From: Azolla caroliniana
Lineage: Eukaryota; Plantae; Polypodiophyta
DNA: 64,000 nucleotides
Assembly (NCBI GenBank): GCA_043228905.1
Contig: JBHGNT010000006.1
Span: 22,320,001-22,384,000, forward strand
Direction: 5' to 3'
Shown here piece by piece: positions 12,942 through 29,075 of this stretch. How positions within the stretch are numbered: position 1 is the first letter of the stretch; each line of letters begins with the position of its first letter. The translations under genes and the position numbers were made by a program. The notes under the pieces were generated by a model that saw only the letters and a list, made by a program, of their open reading frames with translations, was not told the DNA's origin and did not search any database.

Positions 12942-15900
12942 AGCAAATTGTAAACAATGTGGAAGGTTTAATTCGAGGATGTAATGTGTAATAGCATCTA
13001 CATTAGATGCAACTATAGCCCATCATTTTTAAAGGAAACTATCATCCAAGTACTTTCCTCAAAGGTGATCATTATTATCAGTTTTTTATGAAATTAATCA
13101 TATTAACATCATAAATTTGACTTAAGGCATTACCTACCCTATTGACAAAATGGTTTAAATTATCTAACGGAAAATCAAATTACTAAATGAGTTTTATCCA
13201 TTGTGCCATACTACCCATGGAGGTCCAATTGGTCACAAAATTCAAGGATTACCAGTCCATACTTACTCGGAAATTATTTTCATGTCAATATTATTTCCCT
13301 ATTTCTTTATGAATGCAAATGAACTATATATCGATATTGAGTAAAGAAAGTTTTATACTCTCAAATGAATTATGTAATATAGATTCAGGAGATGTTGTTG
13401 ACTGATTCCTTGTAACTTTATGTAGAATTCACAATTGTTGAAGTAAAGGTGTGTGCCATGGTGATTGGCAGTGGGTAGTTTAGTATGTGGGTCCTAAACT
13501 TCATGGCATTATCTTTGGGATGGAGGTGGTGTCACATTTATCCTTGCATATGTATAAAAGAGGGCCCTTGATCACTTAGGATCTTGGATCAAAACAAGTG
13601 ACACATTACATGATCAAGAAGATGATGATGAATAAAGTGGAGATGGCGATTATGATGATGGATATGGAAATAAGCATGACCATCTTAGAAATTATAACAT
13701 CGACAATGACAATGACATTTAGATAATGATGATGAATTTGATAATGATAATGACAATGATGATAAATTTGATGTTAGATTACATTAGATTAGATACCGTT
13801 ATAAGTTGAACACCTATTTCCAAGAGCATAACCTGATACGAGGTGGTGAATTCAACTACAAGTTGTGTCCTTTAAAATATCTTTTGTATTTTCTCTATCT
13901 TTTTCCATGCATTAAGAGGGATAGATAGTGTCTCGCCACACTTCTACTCCCTAAAGCAAAACTTCCTATTCACAAGTATCAATTTTGTGCTTTGATGTTC
14001 CAACATATAATAGCTTTTCCAACCATCTTGAATCCTAGACTGAAAAGTAAAATTTGGACCATTTCTCGAATGGTGATGAAGACGTTGTCATTCTTAGATA
14101 CATCATATAAGAATGATAACGACAACAATGATGTTCATTGTTGACAATGATTATTACAAAACGAGACAATGACACACAAAATATTAAAAAGAGAATCCAT
14201 GTTTCAATTGAAATTGAACAATTATAGGATTGGAGGTAGCTTAACCCCTTTAGTTTCCCTTATTAACGATGCCCTCGTTTTTTGCCCCTCTTCATCGTCA
14301 TGCATGCTTTGCAATCCCTTGCTTTGGCCACAAGTGTTCTTGTTACACTTGGTGCTCTGACATGCCCACTTGCCACCCTCTTCACTTTTTAACTTTATTC
14401 CCCGGCTTCCAGGTAACTAAAGTTTTCGTCAAACATTTGACTTTTGCATTCTATCAATAGTTATTACTTTACCATATAGCCTTATTTATCTAGTCTTTGA
14501 TTTGATGGTATTCCTAGGTTATTTTGAAACCTACACTTGTTTGTTTTCCTCCCTTCACCCACACCACTTCATCACATCCATGCCATTTCACAACATCCAA
14601 ACCCGCACATCCTTTGGTATGTGCCAAAGGGTCCCATGGGCAAAGCAATTATAGTGAAGAAAGCATTTTTACTATTGCCTGCTCACTTTCTCTTAGTACT
14701 ACACCTACTTTATTATTTTATGAATCCCTCAATCTCAAATTAGTTTTCTCTTCACCTTCAACCGATCCAATCACAATGCTCATTCCATCCACCAAAGGCA
14801 TATGGATGACTGAATCCACCAATTTCTCTTCATCCATCTGAAGTTGTCTCGTCTTCTTTAGGTAGGCATGTCCCTTGAGTATAACCCTTCATTAAACACA
14901 ATTGTACCACCCTTATCTTTTCAACTCTTAATGTTGTTGCCATGGTGACTATGTCTTCCATCGTTCATCTTTTTTCCTTGTCACCTCCATTGGCCTAGTC
15001 AGTGATTTTCCTTTCATGTGTCTTTCTAATTCCTATGGTGATCAATTGTGTGCCTTCTCTCTTCTTTTCCTCTAGATGAATCTTCCTACTTGGGTGCAAA
15101 GCTACAATGAGGCTCATCATGGCCCTTATCATTAATTAACACATAAAAACATACAAGATGTCTCAATCAAAACATGAATATCTCAATTAATTAGTATGGA
15201 AAAGCTAGATAGAGGAAAGTGGTTCACAATAGATGTAAAGAGAAAAGAATGAGGACCAAAAGGGAGCCCCATAGTTGGGGCACCCGAAAGGCCCCTTTTA
15301 CATAAAAGCACTTCCTTTTATATACAAGCTGGAAAACTTGAAGGGTTCTTTTATATTACAAGCCCATTGCTCATTAACCATTCCTATCTAATAAAGGGTA
15401 ATTCCCCCAAATTACAATATGCCCATGTTTCTTACATGCACTTGGCGTATGAGTAATATTTTATATAAGCCTTGTAGGGTTGTTAAAACTAAAGAATATG
15501 GTATTATTTCCCGTAAAATTTTCCTTCGTTTCTTTCTTTATATCTTCATTCCTCTTCTCGTCATCTTCCTCTTCGAACATCTTCAGTTTGGGCCCAAAGA
15601 TTGGCAATGACATCATCCCAGATGCCCAAGTCACTTGGGTTTGATGATGAATTAACCCCATCTCATTCATCCTATTTCTCATTCATTCACTCCACTCTTC
15701 CATCCTCAATTTCATTAGTCTTCTAATGAAAGACATCCTCTTTTATAACTTCCCTTTGCCTTTCCCTTTATCTTCGTAAAGCACATTGAGGCTTGCACAT
15801 CAAGCTTTTAAGATAGTAGTCATAACATCATCGAGACTATCTCCAAGCTCCTCATTTTTTTCTTTAATGCATTCTTGGCCTCTTCATTAGACTTTTTATC

Positions 15901-17144
15901 ATTTCTTGGTGAATAAGAGTTGTGTGCCTCTTTGTCACCTATGAACTTATTTTTAAGCTCCATTGGGACCTACTCAATACTATCAATCTTCTATTTCTAT
16001 CTTTCTTTTGTCTTATTATTAATCTCATCATTTTCAAGGTGGATCCATTTTGCCAATGTTAGCCAAGATTAGGCCATCCCATCACATATGCCTTCTAATG
16101 AAGCTTCTTCAAGTTGAGATACAAATGCCATACATACATACTCATATTTCTTGAGGCCAAATCAATATGCATTGAATCATGAGCATTGGGGTCTTAATGA
16201 GTACATGATAAGGTTTAGAACAAAGCTTCAAATACTAGATTTTCCTAGAGTCACAAGGGAAGCAAGTAAAAACATTCAAAAGTCACACGACATAATAATG
16301 TGTTCCAAACATTTGCAATATATGCATAAATAGTCTGAAGACATTACTATTCAAAGTCACACAAAAAGAAAGTATTGAGTTCTAGATTGGTGAAAGGCAT
16401 TGCAATTGCTCCTTTCTTGTGAAACTTGTTTTTATTTCCCCTTTCTTATTAGATTTGAGTTTCATTTTCTATTTGTGTGTGTATGTGTGTAGGTTGGTGG
16501 TTTATCCCATAACATCTAAACCATGAGTTAGGAACCCCACATGCGACATGTTTTCATTTTGTTCCGTATGTTATATTTGACCTCTGCGAATGATTAAAAA
16601 AAATCTACCTAAATATATCCATATACCAAGTTAGTGGTTTCTAGAACATATAAGTCATAAATGTTAACCCAAGTTTAATGTTGGTCTTTTGTTTGGCCTC
16701 TAGATCTTCCTCCTACCTTTTGTGGACATTAAATGAATCATCTATCTATCTTTGGAGTGAATGCCATGACCCGTAAAGACATTACTTCCACCCTTCGAAT
16801 ATACAACTTTATCACTTCCATCTACAACAAATTTAGGGAATATATGTGATTGGACGTTCTAACATGTTACGCTCAACGTACACAAGCTTTTCAAGCATGT
16901 TGGGCCCGATATGCAGAAATTCATTATTATGAGATATTTGTCTTTGTAATAATTGTCCATTGTTGCCATGTTGTACCTTTCCCCTAGATTGTCGAGAAAA
17001 TAAATACTACTAGAAATTTGTCTTTGCTAATAAGTATTGTTCGTCATAGTTTCTCCAAATTCAATGGAGCAAGACAAACATAATTGTAAGAACATTGTCA
17101 TGTGACCTCCAATTGAACATTAGCCCCACATTTTTACTTTGTAA

Positions 17145-17362
17145 CAAAATGGTAACTAGCAATGAACAACTACATATTTTCTTACACCACAAAAAATGTT
17201 TGCTTCAATAGTCTTGTTGTGTTTTATTTTGATCTCTTACAATGTTTTTACCTCAAAATGGTAACTAGCACTGAGCAACTACATATTTTCTTACACCACA
17301 AAAAAAGTTTGCCTCAATAGTCTTGTTGTGTTTCATTTTGATCTCTTACAATGTTTTTACCC
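17145..17362. repeat. Tandem duplication, ~109-bp unit x2
   Basis: CAAAATGGTAACTAGCA...CTTACAATGTTTTTACC occurs at about 17145 and 17254. Confidence 0.85.
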
Positions 17363-18851
17363 GTAGGGATTTCTTACCATGTTTTTACCTATAGTGATAG
17401 TTTGCCATTCTTAGATTCTTCTCTCTCGTTCTTCTTTCTTTATGCTTCTTAGATTTCATGTTTACAAATTATTTTCATGCTAGTGTCTCGTTCCTCATCA
17501 TGTTGCTAATTTACAACTCTATTACTAAATCAAATTCCCAAGTGAGTCAAATCTTTATGAGCTCAATGGTGCTTCTTGCTTGCACCCACACACACAATTA
17601 AGAAAAACCATGAAATGCAATACATCTCAATATTTATACTAGTTTGTTCAGTATTGTCTCTTACCATTTGACATATCCAACTAATCTCATTCATGTTAAC
17701 ATGTCCAACGCATCAATGAGGTTCTCCACATTTTAACTTGAAAAATGTGGCAACATTGTTCATGTGCAACTCTAATGTATTCTTCTAACTTTCTACCTTA
17801 ACATGTTGTCATTCTAGTGTCCTTGCTTACCTTCTCATATTTCATTCTCAACTCTCTTGGTTTTTTTTCTTGCATAATCGAGGATGCATTTTAAAAACTA
17901 CCGATACATATTGGTGTCATGACTAGAGAACTGCTAAGAAAGCATACCCTAACATACCAGGACTTCATGACTAGTGGGATTCACCTCTCAATCAAGATAA
18001 AGTCTTTTGTGATTACATCAAAAGTTGACGCCCAATAATGTGCCTATTTTTTCTTTGTGGCTAGTGAAATCTCTCTTCTTGCATGAACCAAGCTATGTTA
18101 AAAAATGATTGATACATATTGGTGCCAATATTGGCAAACCACCGAGAGAGCATTCGTCCCAAGTGGAATCAGCCAAATCAAGACAAACACTTCATATTAC
18201 ATCAATAGTTATCATCGACCAACAATGTGTGTCCAATGTTGTCTTCATTGCTGGTAGTGTTAATCACTCTTCTTCTTGCATGAACAAGGGTATTAGAAAA
18301 TGAATTAAACATGTCAGTGCCAGGATTGGCAAAGCACCAAGAGCATGGAATACCCTCACAGAGGGCACAGGACTAAAATGAAGAGGTGGAATTCAGATTT
18401 CGATCAAGGTAAACACATCTTATTATACTTTGCATTTGGTTTATGTGACAACAGCGTATCATGAATACGTCGATATGTTACATTCAACATTATAACATAG
18501 AAATAAACTTAAATCAAAAGAAAGAGAAGACTTAAATGCATATTTTACACAACCTTTCAAATGCATAACACAAAACTGTTATCAAAAGCCAGAAGAAATT
18601 AACTTCCAAATAACCAAGTGAATTATCAGCTCTTTAAAATACAAAAAGAAAAGAAAAAGAAAAACTCAATAACATTATCAAAGCCAAAAGACTTGAGTTT
18701 TCAAATCACCAACTGACTCATCATGCATATAATGTAGCTTGAGGATACAAATCCCAAGAGGTTACCAAAGCCAATGGAAAGAATTACCATGCAAATCTCT
18801 ACCACTCATCTGCTGCTGCTTCTTTCGTGACGAGAGAATTATCATATACAG

Positions 18852-21437
<2,586 letters not shown>

Positions 21438-21471
21438 TTTCTCCCCTTTGCTCACTTTCTCTTTCTGAGTA

Positions 21472-23175
21472 CTGTGCCAACAAATAAAACACACTTTTAG
21501 AACAGATAAGCCTTGAGCAAAAACTTAGTAGCAGATACACTCTGAAAGTGACAAATGAAAGGATTCAGACTTCCTTCTGTCTCATGTATACAGCCAAAAA
21601 AGAAGGCAGTTTTAGTAAAAAATACTTCTTCAGTAAAAACGACGCTAGTGAATAAATAGGAGGATAAATTTGTTGAAAATAACTAATTGAAGCATGAAGT
21701 TATCTAAAGCCAAATGGCGGCCAAAAACAAGCTATGCTACAAGTTGGGGGATGCAGTTCAAATTGAAGCATGAATATCTAAAACAAAATGGAGAATGAAT
21801 TACTCACAAAGAGGCAGCCAAAAGAGGTCCTATACAGTATCTTCTCAAAATTTCTTACTATCCGAGCATGAACTGATTTAGCAAAGAAAACGGGTTCCTG
21901 AACACAGCTGATACACCTATTGAACTTTTGGTTATCGTTATTGTACAGAGACTAGATCAATGCCTCTTAACAGAAATGGTGCCCAAACTAGGTTCATGGC
22001 CTTGATTTATCTACAATACATGAACATGCACTTAGTAGTAAATTGTTACAAAAAATATATCTAATGATCAGCATTCACTGCAAGATCTATTTGAATTTCA
22101 AGGATGATAATCAAAAAACAAATACGCAGAAACGTGGATAACATTGATAGCCATCGAGAAATACATTGTTAAGAGATGGTGCAGAATATATCATAAAAAT
22201 CTTGATATTGTTCAGAAATGGTGCAAAAATAACATAGTAAAAATCTTGACGATACATTGGAAGTGTGCAGGCATACAGTTCTCCTTTCATGCATTTGTGG
22301 ATTGGCAAATCAAGTGGATGCAAGAGAAAGATGCATTGTTAAGGATAAGATCGTATAGCCTTTTGACATCATTCACCCTCGTTTATTTCTCCCTTTGTTT
22401 ATAGAGTGTGGATTCAAGAGGAAGGGGCATTGTTTAGAAGAGCAAGATCAATTCTCTTTCTTCTTGTAAATGTGGAATCAGGAGTAAAATGCGATGTTTA
22501 GGGCATAAGCTCTCATAGAGCTGGATAGAATTAACACTGATGTTAGTTATCCCTGAGAACTAACTCAATGAGCTTTAATATTGTCAAATGCTACATGATC
22601 TTATTCTTCAACAATGCACCTTTTCTTTGAATCCATGTTTCTACACAAACGGAGAGGTAATTGAGTGTTAAAAGTCTTGTATGATCTTATCCTTAAACAC
22701 TGCATCTTTTTTTCCGTGAATCCACATTCATACAAAGAGAGAACTTAAACAATGCACAATTCCTCTGAATCCACATTCTACACAGAAGTGGATGCAAGAG
22801 AAAGGTGCATTGTTAAATGATAAGAGCAGATAGCCTTTGAGAACATTAACACTCATTCAGCTCTCTCTTTATGTAGAATGTGGATTGACAAGACTAGTTA
22901 AATTCATTCAGTTCTCCTTTGATTAGCCCTGCAGATGCATATACGTTGATGCTTCTTCAAGACAGAAGGGATCATATGACAGTGAGCGAGATCTGACATG
23001 ATATAATTCCTGACGATATGAAAATTAGGGAGAATTCCTAAAACCGAAATTGCCGTCAATGTACAATTGCGAGAATGAGAAACGTTTCCTTCTGAATCAG
23101 AGGGAGGGGGGGGGGCTGTAGAATGTGGTAGGGGAAGGAGACGATTATGAAGCAAGGATGAATCTGATCAGGAGA

Positions 23176-23213
<38 letters not shown>

Positions 23214-23574
23214 AATCTGAGAAACCATGGAGTGACATAAGGAAGATGTACAATGTGTCAGAAGGAGATTTGTTTTCTTGAAGCAAAATACGGATCGGAT
23301 CAGAAAACCCACAGAGAAAGAGAGAAAGGGGGGGATGAATCGAAAGGGCTTGTATAAATGTCCAAAGGAGATCTTTCTCAAAGCAAAAAAAAAAAAAACC
23401 GAATCTGATCCAGAAACAATGGACTGAGGGAGAGAGTAGTTTACCTGAGTTAGATCGCAGTGGGATTTGATGAAGATGAGCTCGCCTGGAGCAGAGCAGA
23501 GCAGAGAGAGATGAGGGTGAATGACAAGCAAAGCAGCGAAGGGGAGCAATGAAGGGCGAAGGTTTTTATATATA
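21472..23574 (-). promoter_or_regulatory. Putative beta-tubulin TATA box (23574-23563), non-coding exon 1 (about 23540-23445) and ~2-kb 5'UTR intron (23444-21472)
   Basis: Minus-strand TATATATAAAAA, then a CT-rich leader, donor CAG|GTAAAC at 23445/23444, and a T-rich acceptor GGCACAG just upstream of the ATG. Confidence 0.6.
22314..22890. repeat. Cluster of ~90-135-bp repeats in both orientations (foldback/MITE-like) in the tubulin leader intron
   Basis: GTGGATGCAAGAGAAAGATGCATTGTTAAGGATAAGATC at 22314. Inverted copy across about 22596-22726 (GATCTTATCCTTAAACACTGCATC). Direct copy at 22788. Confidence 0.65.
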
Positions 23575-23606
23575 CATTCATACATACATATGTATATCTC
23601 TGCACA

Positions 23607-23613
23607 ACTCTCT

Positions 23614-23651
<38 letters not shown>

Positions 23652-23810
23652 CTCTCTCTGCTGTCTCTCTCTCTGATCTCTCTGTCTCTGTGTGTGTGTG
23701 TCTCTCTCTCTCTTGCTTGGGTGGGGTCAGGGAGGGTGTGTGGTGGGTGATTAGCTGGCCTCACCTTTCTCACAACACAACACGTTCGAGACAGACAGAC
23801 ACAGACACAC

Positions 23811-23847
<37 letters not shown>

Positions 23848-23850
23848 CAG

Positions 23851-23892
<42 letters not shown>

Positions 23893-23970
23893 GGAGAGAG
23901 AGAGAGAATATGCAGGGCAGAAACAGGGGAGGAGGAAACACTCTTCTTCTGTGAGAGAGAGAGAGAGAAA
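23607..23970. repeat. (CT)n/(GA)n microsatellite tract upstream of the tubulin TATA box
   Basis: Long CT then GA dinucleotide runs, of the GAGA-element type common in plant promoters. Confidence 0.85.
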
Positions 23971-24259
23971 GAACTACAGATAGTATGTACTATGAACCAT
24001 ACGTGCCTTTTTGCATTCGCGAATGTTTCTAACATTCGAGTATGGTAAATACCGTACTTTTATACTCATTATTTATTAGAAATTTATAAGATATAAGTTT
24101 TTTTTTTTTTAAGGTAAGAAAGTAAAGGTTAAACAGTGCGTAAAAAAAAAAAGCATAAGGGAGTTTTGATAACATACGCATTCGTTTAAATTCGTATGAA
24201 AATAGAATGTTTGCCAATGCATTCGAGTATATTACGTACTACCCCACATAACATAAGTT

Positions 24260-24365
24260 GTATACATTACATACATACACGCATGCATTACATACATACA
24301 TACATACATTACATACATTACATACATTACATAAGTTGTATACATTACATACATACACACATGCA

Positions 24366-24396
<31 letters not shown>

Positions 24397-24502
24397 CATA
24401 CATTACATACATACATTACATTCATATATACATACATTACATACATACAACATACATACATACATACATTACATACATACATACAATACATACATACATA
24501 CA

Positions 24503-24533
<31 letters not shown>

Positions 24534-24569
24534 CATTACATACATACATACATACATACATTACATACA

Positions 24570-24600
<31 letters not shown>

Positions 24601-24633
24601 CATTACATACATTACATACATACATTACATACA
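24260..24633. repeat. (TACA)n/(TACAT)n compound microsatellite
   Basis: Directly visible. It produces the spurious YIHT-repeat ORFs. Confidence 0.95.
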
Positions 24634-24713
24634 TTGGGCCAAGGCCATCCATCCATCGGAGGTTTTTTTTTTTTTTTTTTTAAAGAAGATATCCTGTCAT
24701 TAGTATAAACAAA

Positions 24714-27700
24714 TTACAAGATTTTAAACCTGTATGTAATCGGCGGGGGAAACAACCATTTCGGTGGCTGAAAATGCCAATAAGGAGTAGTGTACCTGGA
24801 TGTCACAAATGGAGTAGCTGTCCAGATAATAAGAAACTCATGCCGTTGAGCAATTTTAGCATCAGAATCTCCCACTATACCATCCCATTGACCCTTCAAA
24901 GCATGAACTATCTCTAACCAAATATTTGAAATCACTTCAGCAGGTGGTGTTTTCAGATTATGGAAAACGAGAGAACACCGAGCTTTCCAAATGTGATAGA
25001 CAGTGGTACTACTCAATATCTCCCATATTGGCTGAACTTCCTTCCTTACTCCTGAAAACTGTAATGACATCAGTGATAATGTACAAACACTTCCATTTTT
25101 AGTGTAAAACCCATGGTCCATAGATTCGATGCCATAATGGAACACATCACGGGCAAGTGATGTCCAAACGACCATGCCCCAAGTGAGAACCAACGGGGGA
25201 AAATAATTAGCGAAAATTCTAAGGAGCCGTTGCCATATCTGTTGAGAATCAATGCATTCCCATAAACAATGTTTTTGAGTTTCCGTTTGTAAATGACATC
25301 GAGTACAACATGAAGACACTCCCATCCTATGCAACCATGTGCCAACCGGCAACGCCTTGTGTACAACTAACCACTGTACATGTAATATTTTGTGTTGCTG
25401 TTTTCTTGCCCATAAGATAGCCCAGAATTTTGCAAGGAATTGGGGAGTAATACCTTGTTGATTCCAATATTGAGATGCAGCTGGTACCACATCACGTGTA
25501 TCTGAAAGTACATGTCTTCCCAACTGTACAGAATATTGGAAGAAATTGAACTTGTTACCCGTGTAAGGATCTGTCCAATGATAGTCAATTGGGTCCCAAT
25601 CTAATCTGAATACCGGTCTTTTAGCTAACACCCACAGCTTCCAATGTGTCCTTATTTCCTCTATCATTGGATCAATATACCATTTACGATCGGCATATCC
25701 AATTATCCTTATCTTGTGCTCAATGGCATAGGGGTAATCTATCACCATTTCCCCGGACTGAGACAATTGATTTGTTTCATCCACCTCAAACAACCGGTAT
25801 GTCTTATCATTTGAATAACCCTTAACAGCCAAGAGTACTTCCAATCTTGAAAAAACCCCAATCCATCTATGGTTAGTGTTATTGGGTGGTATGGGTTGTC
25901 TACTCATAGCTTCTTGAATTTGTTGGTACATTATATGTCCGCCATGCATATTACGTAAGATTTCTTTTTGTTCTTCCAACGATCGCGATAAAAATTCTTT
26001 CCAAGTCTGAACTGTTTTCGCGGGACCTTCTGTCATTTTTCCCCACGATAACCATTGTCTAGAACCCAACACAAAACCATCTGATGTTGTAAACAACGGG
26101 TTCCAAACTATCTTTTGTCTGAGATACTCAAGATAATGTTTGGGGTTCGGTTTATTGCGAAGCAAACCAGGTAGTACTTGTTTCCATGCTGCAAATAATG
26201 TCCTAATAAATTTGTCTTCCCATCTAGTGGCTGAAGGTACTCGGAAATTTTCCCTAAATATCCAATTCACATCCTTCGACCAGGGAGCACCTAAGCGAGG
26301 AAAGCAATCTGAGCAACGGTCAAGCAATAATACTTTCCATATCTCTTGCCCCGGCATAAATCCTCTAACGAGCAACTTACTTAACAATGCTCTTGATTGG
26401 TCCACTGGATCAATAATACCTAATCCTCCTTTAAAGCGAGGTAAGGTAATAACATCCCATTTCACTTTGGACCGAGCATTGCCTTCTGTTTTACCGGACC
26501 ACAAGAAGTTACGAACCAATCTACGTATTTTCAGAATACATGACTTGGAGAATATCCAACATGACAAAACATACCATGTTGAAGCCAATAAAACCTGATT
26601 AGCCACTACAATACGACCAGCAAAAGATAGCTTGGCTGAACTCCATAACAACAACTTTTTCCGCAGTGACAATAGGAGGGGTGCCACTTGATTTTCCATT
26701 GAAAGATCAATCCCTATCGTACACCCTAAGTATCGAACTGGACAACCTGATGGTATCCATCGAAATTGCAGGTGTGGACTCCATAGAGGAGGCTCTACAT
26801 CCCCCACCCAAAATGCAAAGGACTTGTTCCAATTAACCAGTGCACCCGAAGCCTTACAAAATGTGGATATGGCCAATTCTGTTTTCTGCAGATTTTCCAA
26901 ATCACCTTTTAAATATAGGGCAGTGTCATCTGCAAATTCAGCGTCCCTTACTTCTATATGTGAGAATGGGATGCGTATTCCGCGTATACCAATATCACCA
27001 GCATTCAAAAAGGAAATCATTGCCTCAGCAAAAAACAGAAACAAGAAAGGAGCTAAAGGACAACCCTGTCGAACTGATCGAGAAATAGTAAACAAAGGTC
27101 CATAATTCCCAACCAGTAAGACTCTGCTTTGTGCCGAATTATATAATGAAGAAATACCTTTTATCCATTCTTTCGAGAAACCAAAACGAGCCAGTACACC
27201 TTGTAAAAATTCCCAGTCAACACGGTCATAAGCTTTCTCAAAATCAAGCATAACAATGGCCAACTCTTGATTAGATTTGGCTGCCAAGGCAGCAGATTCC
27301 CAAAATGTATACACATTATCCAATATGCTCCTTTCCTGAATAAATCTTGTTTGCGACGGATGTATAACTATAGGCATTATAGTACCAAGTCTTATACTAA
27401 GCGCTTTAGCTAGGATTTTATACACCGTATTCAGTAATGTAATTGGGCGCCATTTCTTGATGTCCAATGAAGGACCTTCTGATTTAGGGATAAGGTAAAT
27501 TATTCCTTCTGTAAAATGTGAAGGCATAATGCCCTCTCGAAGAATTTGTTGGAATGCTGTACATAAATCTGATTTAAACAAGTCCCAATATTTAATGAAA
27601 AATGATGGGGTTAATCCATCCATACCTGGACAACTATTCTTAGGTAAAGCTTGGAGTGCTTCACTCAATTCCTCATGAGTAAGAACGTCTTGAAGACTGG

Positions 27701-29075
27701 CATTCATATCCTGTGTTATTCTTGAACTCATTTTATTCCATACACAAGACCGACTTATTAAATCCTCATCGGAGAATGAAATAACTGATAGTAGGTTGGA
27801 ATAGTATCGAGTGGCTATTTCTCTCATCACTTTAGGGTCAGATGAGATGGTCCCATTCTCATCTTGTAGTTGTTTGATTGAAACCGCATTATGATTGGGT
27901 CTCATTGCATGAAAAAATTCAGCTGTACATTTATCACCCATTTGGGTCCAACTAGATGCCCTATTATGGTATTGAAATTCTGCACGCTTTTCTAATAGTA
28001 CAGCAAGTTCTTGTTTTGCTGACCCAATTTTCTCAGCAATCCAAGTATAGTGTGGATAACGTTCTTGTAATCGTTGTAGAGAAACAAGAGAAGTACGAGA
28101 CCGTTTCTCCTTTTCTTGGATCATAGAGAACCTCTCCTTAGATTTACCCCTAAAAAATTCTGAAATACATCGTAAGCCATTAGCTACCCGCACCGCCATT
28201 GATTCCTGTACAACATCCTTTTGTGACCATAATTGAGCCACTTGTAAGGAAAAGCTATTGTCTAACAGCAGATTTTCAGGAATCTTCATATTGGAGAATT
28301 CTTTAAGGTTTTGGGTTGATATTGAAAGAATCACTGGAGCATGATCAGAGAAGGTAGTCCCTGGCATTATATGTATTGTACCAGTTGCTGAAATAAATTT
28401 GCCAGATACATAGAATCTATCCAATCGAGCTAAGTTAGTACCATTTACACGTCTATCTGATCTTGAAAATAAAAGAGAGGTATTTGTATGAACCATCGAA
28501 GGAGCATGCCAAGCATCTAAAATTTGTAAGGAAAACACCAATTGTTCCCACATTGCTAATTCATGGCCATGTATCGTAGTTGAGCTACCTCCCATTCTAT
28601 CAATGGGGTCCTCAAGCATATTGAAGTCACCAGCGATACACCAATGATCAAGGGGAGGCAGATTCTCTAATAATTCTTTCCAAAATTGTTGCCTAGCAGA
28701 AGCAGTATTAGGAGCATATATATTCAAGAGTCCCCATATAATCTCCCCCTCTTGCATAATAACATATTGAGCCCTTCCAGGAATGATCACTTGTTTTTGT
28801 ATAATGGATGGAATCCACCTCTGAGAAATAGCCATACAAACCCCACCACGGACTTCCGTGTTGCCTATCGCGGGGGACCAAAACATGTCCCAATTTCCAG
28901 ATAAAATAGAACCATACCGAGAAATTCTAAAAGTATTTAAATGATGTTCTTGTATTAAAAGAAAGTCGAGGGATCCACCCACTATGCATTTGTTAATTTC
29001 TTGACGGAGACGATACTTGTATCGTCTATATAAGGGGCCCCCTAACCCCTGAACATTCCATGACATCACTCGCAT
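24714..29075 (-). CDS. LINE ORF2: APE endonuclease + reverse transcriptase + C-terminal zinc finger (1453 aa)
   Basis: SWNVQGL, LIQE, NIYAP, AGDFN, RLDRF and SDH (endonuclease). PGMDG, WRPITLLN, DFEKAYDRV, RQGCPLAP, FADD and YLG (RT). CTRC...ETQKHCLWEC (zinc finger). Confidence 0.95.
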   Translation of the reverse strand: MRVMSWNVQGLGGPLYRRYKYRLRQEINKCIVGGSLDFLLIQEHHLNTFRISRYGSILSGNWDMFWSPAIGNTEVRGGVCMAISQRWIPSIIQKQVIIPGRAQYVIMQEGEIIWGLLNIYAPNTASARQQFWKELLENLPPLDHWCIAGDFNMLEDPIDRMGGSSTTIHGHELAMWEQLVFSLQILDAWHAPSMVHTNTSLLFSRSDRRVNGTNLARLDRFYVSGKFISATGTIHIMPGTTFSDHAPVILSISTQNLKEFSNMKIPENLLLDNSFSLQVAQLWSQKDVVQESMAVRVANGLRCISEFFRGKSKERFSMIQEKEKRSRTSLVSLQRLQERYPHYTWIAEKIGSAKQELAVLLEKRAEFQYHNRASSWTQMGDKCTAEFFHAMRPNHNAVSIKQLQDENGTISSDPKVMREIATRYYSNLLSVISFSDEDLISRSCVWNKMSSRITQDMNASLQDVLTHEELSEALQALPKNSCPGMDGLTPSFFIKYWDLFKSDLCTAFQQILREGIMPSHFTEGIIYLIPKSEGPSLDIKKWRPITLLNTVYKILAKALSIRLGTIMPIVIHPSQTRFIQERSILDNVYTFWESAALAAKSNQELAIVMLDFEKAYDRVDWEFLQGVLARFGFSKEWIKGISSLYNSAQSRVLLVGNYGPLFTISRSVRQGCPLAPFLFLFFAEAMISFLNAGDIGIRGIRIPFSHIEVRDAEFADDTALYLKGDLENLQKTELAISTFCKASGALVNWNKSFAFWVGDVEPPLWSPHLQFRWIPSGCPVRYLGCTIGIDLSMENQVAPLLLSLRKKLLLWSSAKLSFAGRIVVANQVLLASTWYVLSCWIFSKSCILKIRRLVRNFLWSGKTEGNARSKVKWDVITLPRFKGGLGIIDPVDQSRALLSKLLVRGFMPGQEIWKVLLLDRCSDCFPRLGAPWSKDVNWIFRENFRVPSATRWEDKFIRTLFAAWKQVLPGLLRNKPNPKHYLEYLRQKIVWNPLFTTSDGFVLGSRQWLSWGKMTEGPAKTVQTWKEFLSRSLEEQKEILRNMHGGHIMYQQIQEAMSRQPIPPNNTNHRWIGVFSRLEVLLAVKGYSNDKTYRLFEVDETNQLSQSGEMVIDYPYAIEHKIRIIGYADRKWYIDPMIEEIRTHWKLWVLAKRPVFRLDWDPIDYHWTDPYTGNKFNFFQYSVQLGRHVLSDTRDVVPAASQYWNQQGITPQFLAKFWAILWARKQQHKILHVQWLVVHKALPVGTWLHRMGVSSCCTRCHLQTETQKHCLWECIDSQQIWQRLLRIFANYFPPLVLTWGMVVWTSLARDVFHYGIESMDHGFYTKNGSVCTLSLMSLQFSGVRKEVQPIWEILSSTTVYHIWKARCSLVFHNLKTPPAEVISNIWLEIVHALKGQWDGIVGDSDAKIAQRHEFLIIWTATPFVTSRYTTPYWHFQPPKWLFPPPITYRFKIL

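Noticed and set aside
12942-16400. Possible host gene or transposase in AT-rich region
   Set aside because: Only short degenerate frames with no diagnostic motifs. Probably ancient TE debris that cannot be classified.
23145-24035. SL/ER-repeat ORFs (also at 8667-8963 and 52056-52358)
   Set aside because: Translations of CT/GA microsatellites.
24196-24708. YIHT/TYIH-repeat ORFs
   Set aside because: Translations of the TACA microsatellite.
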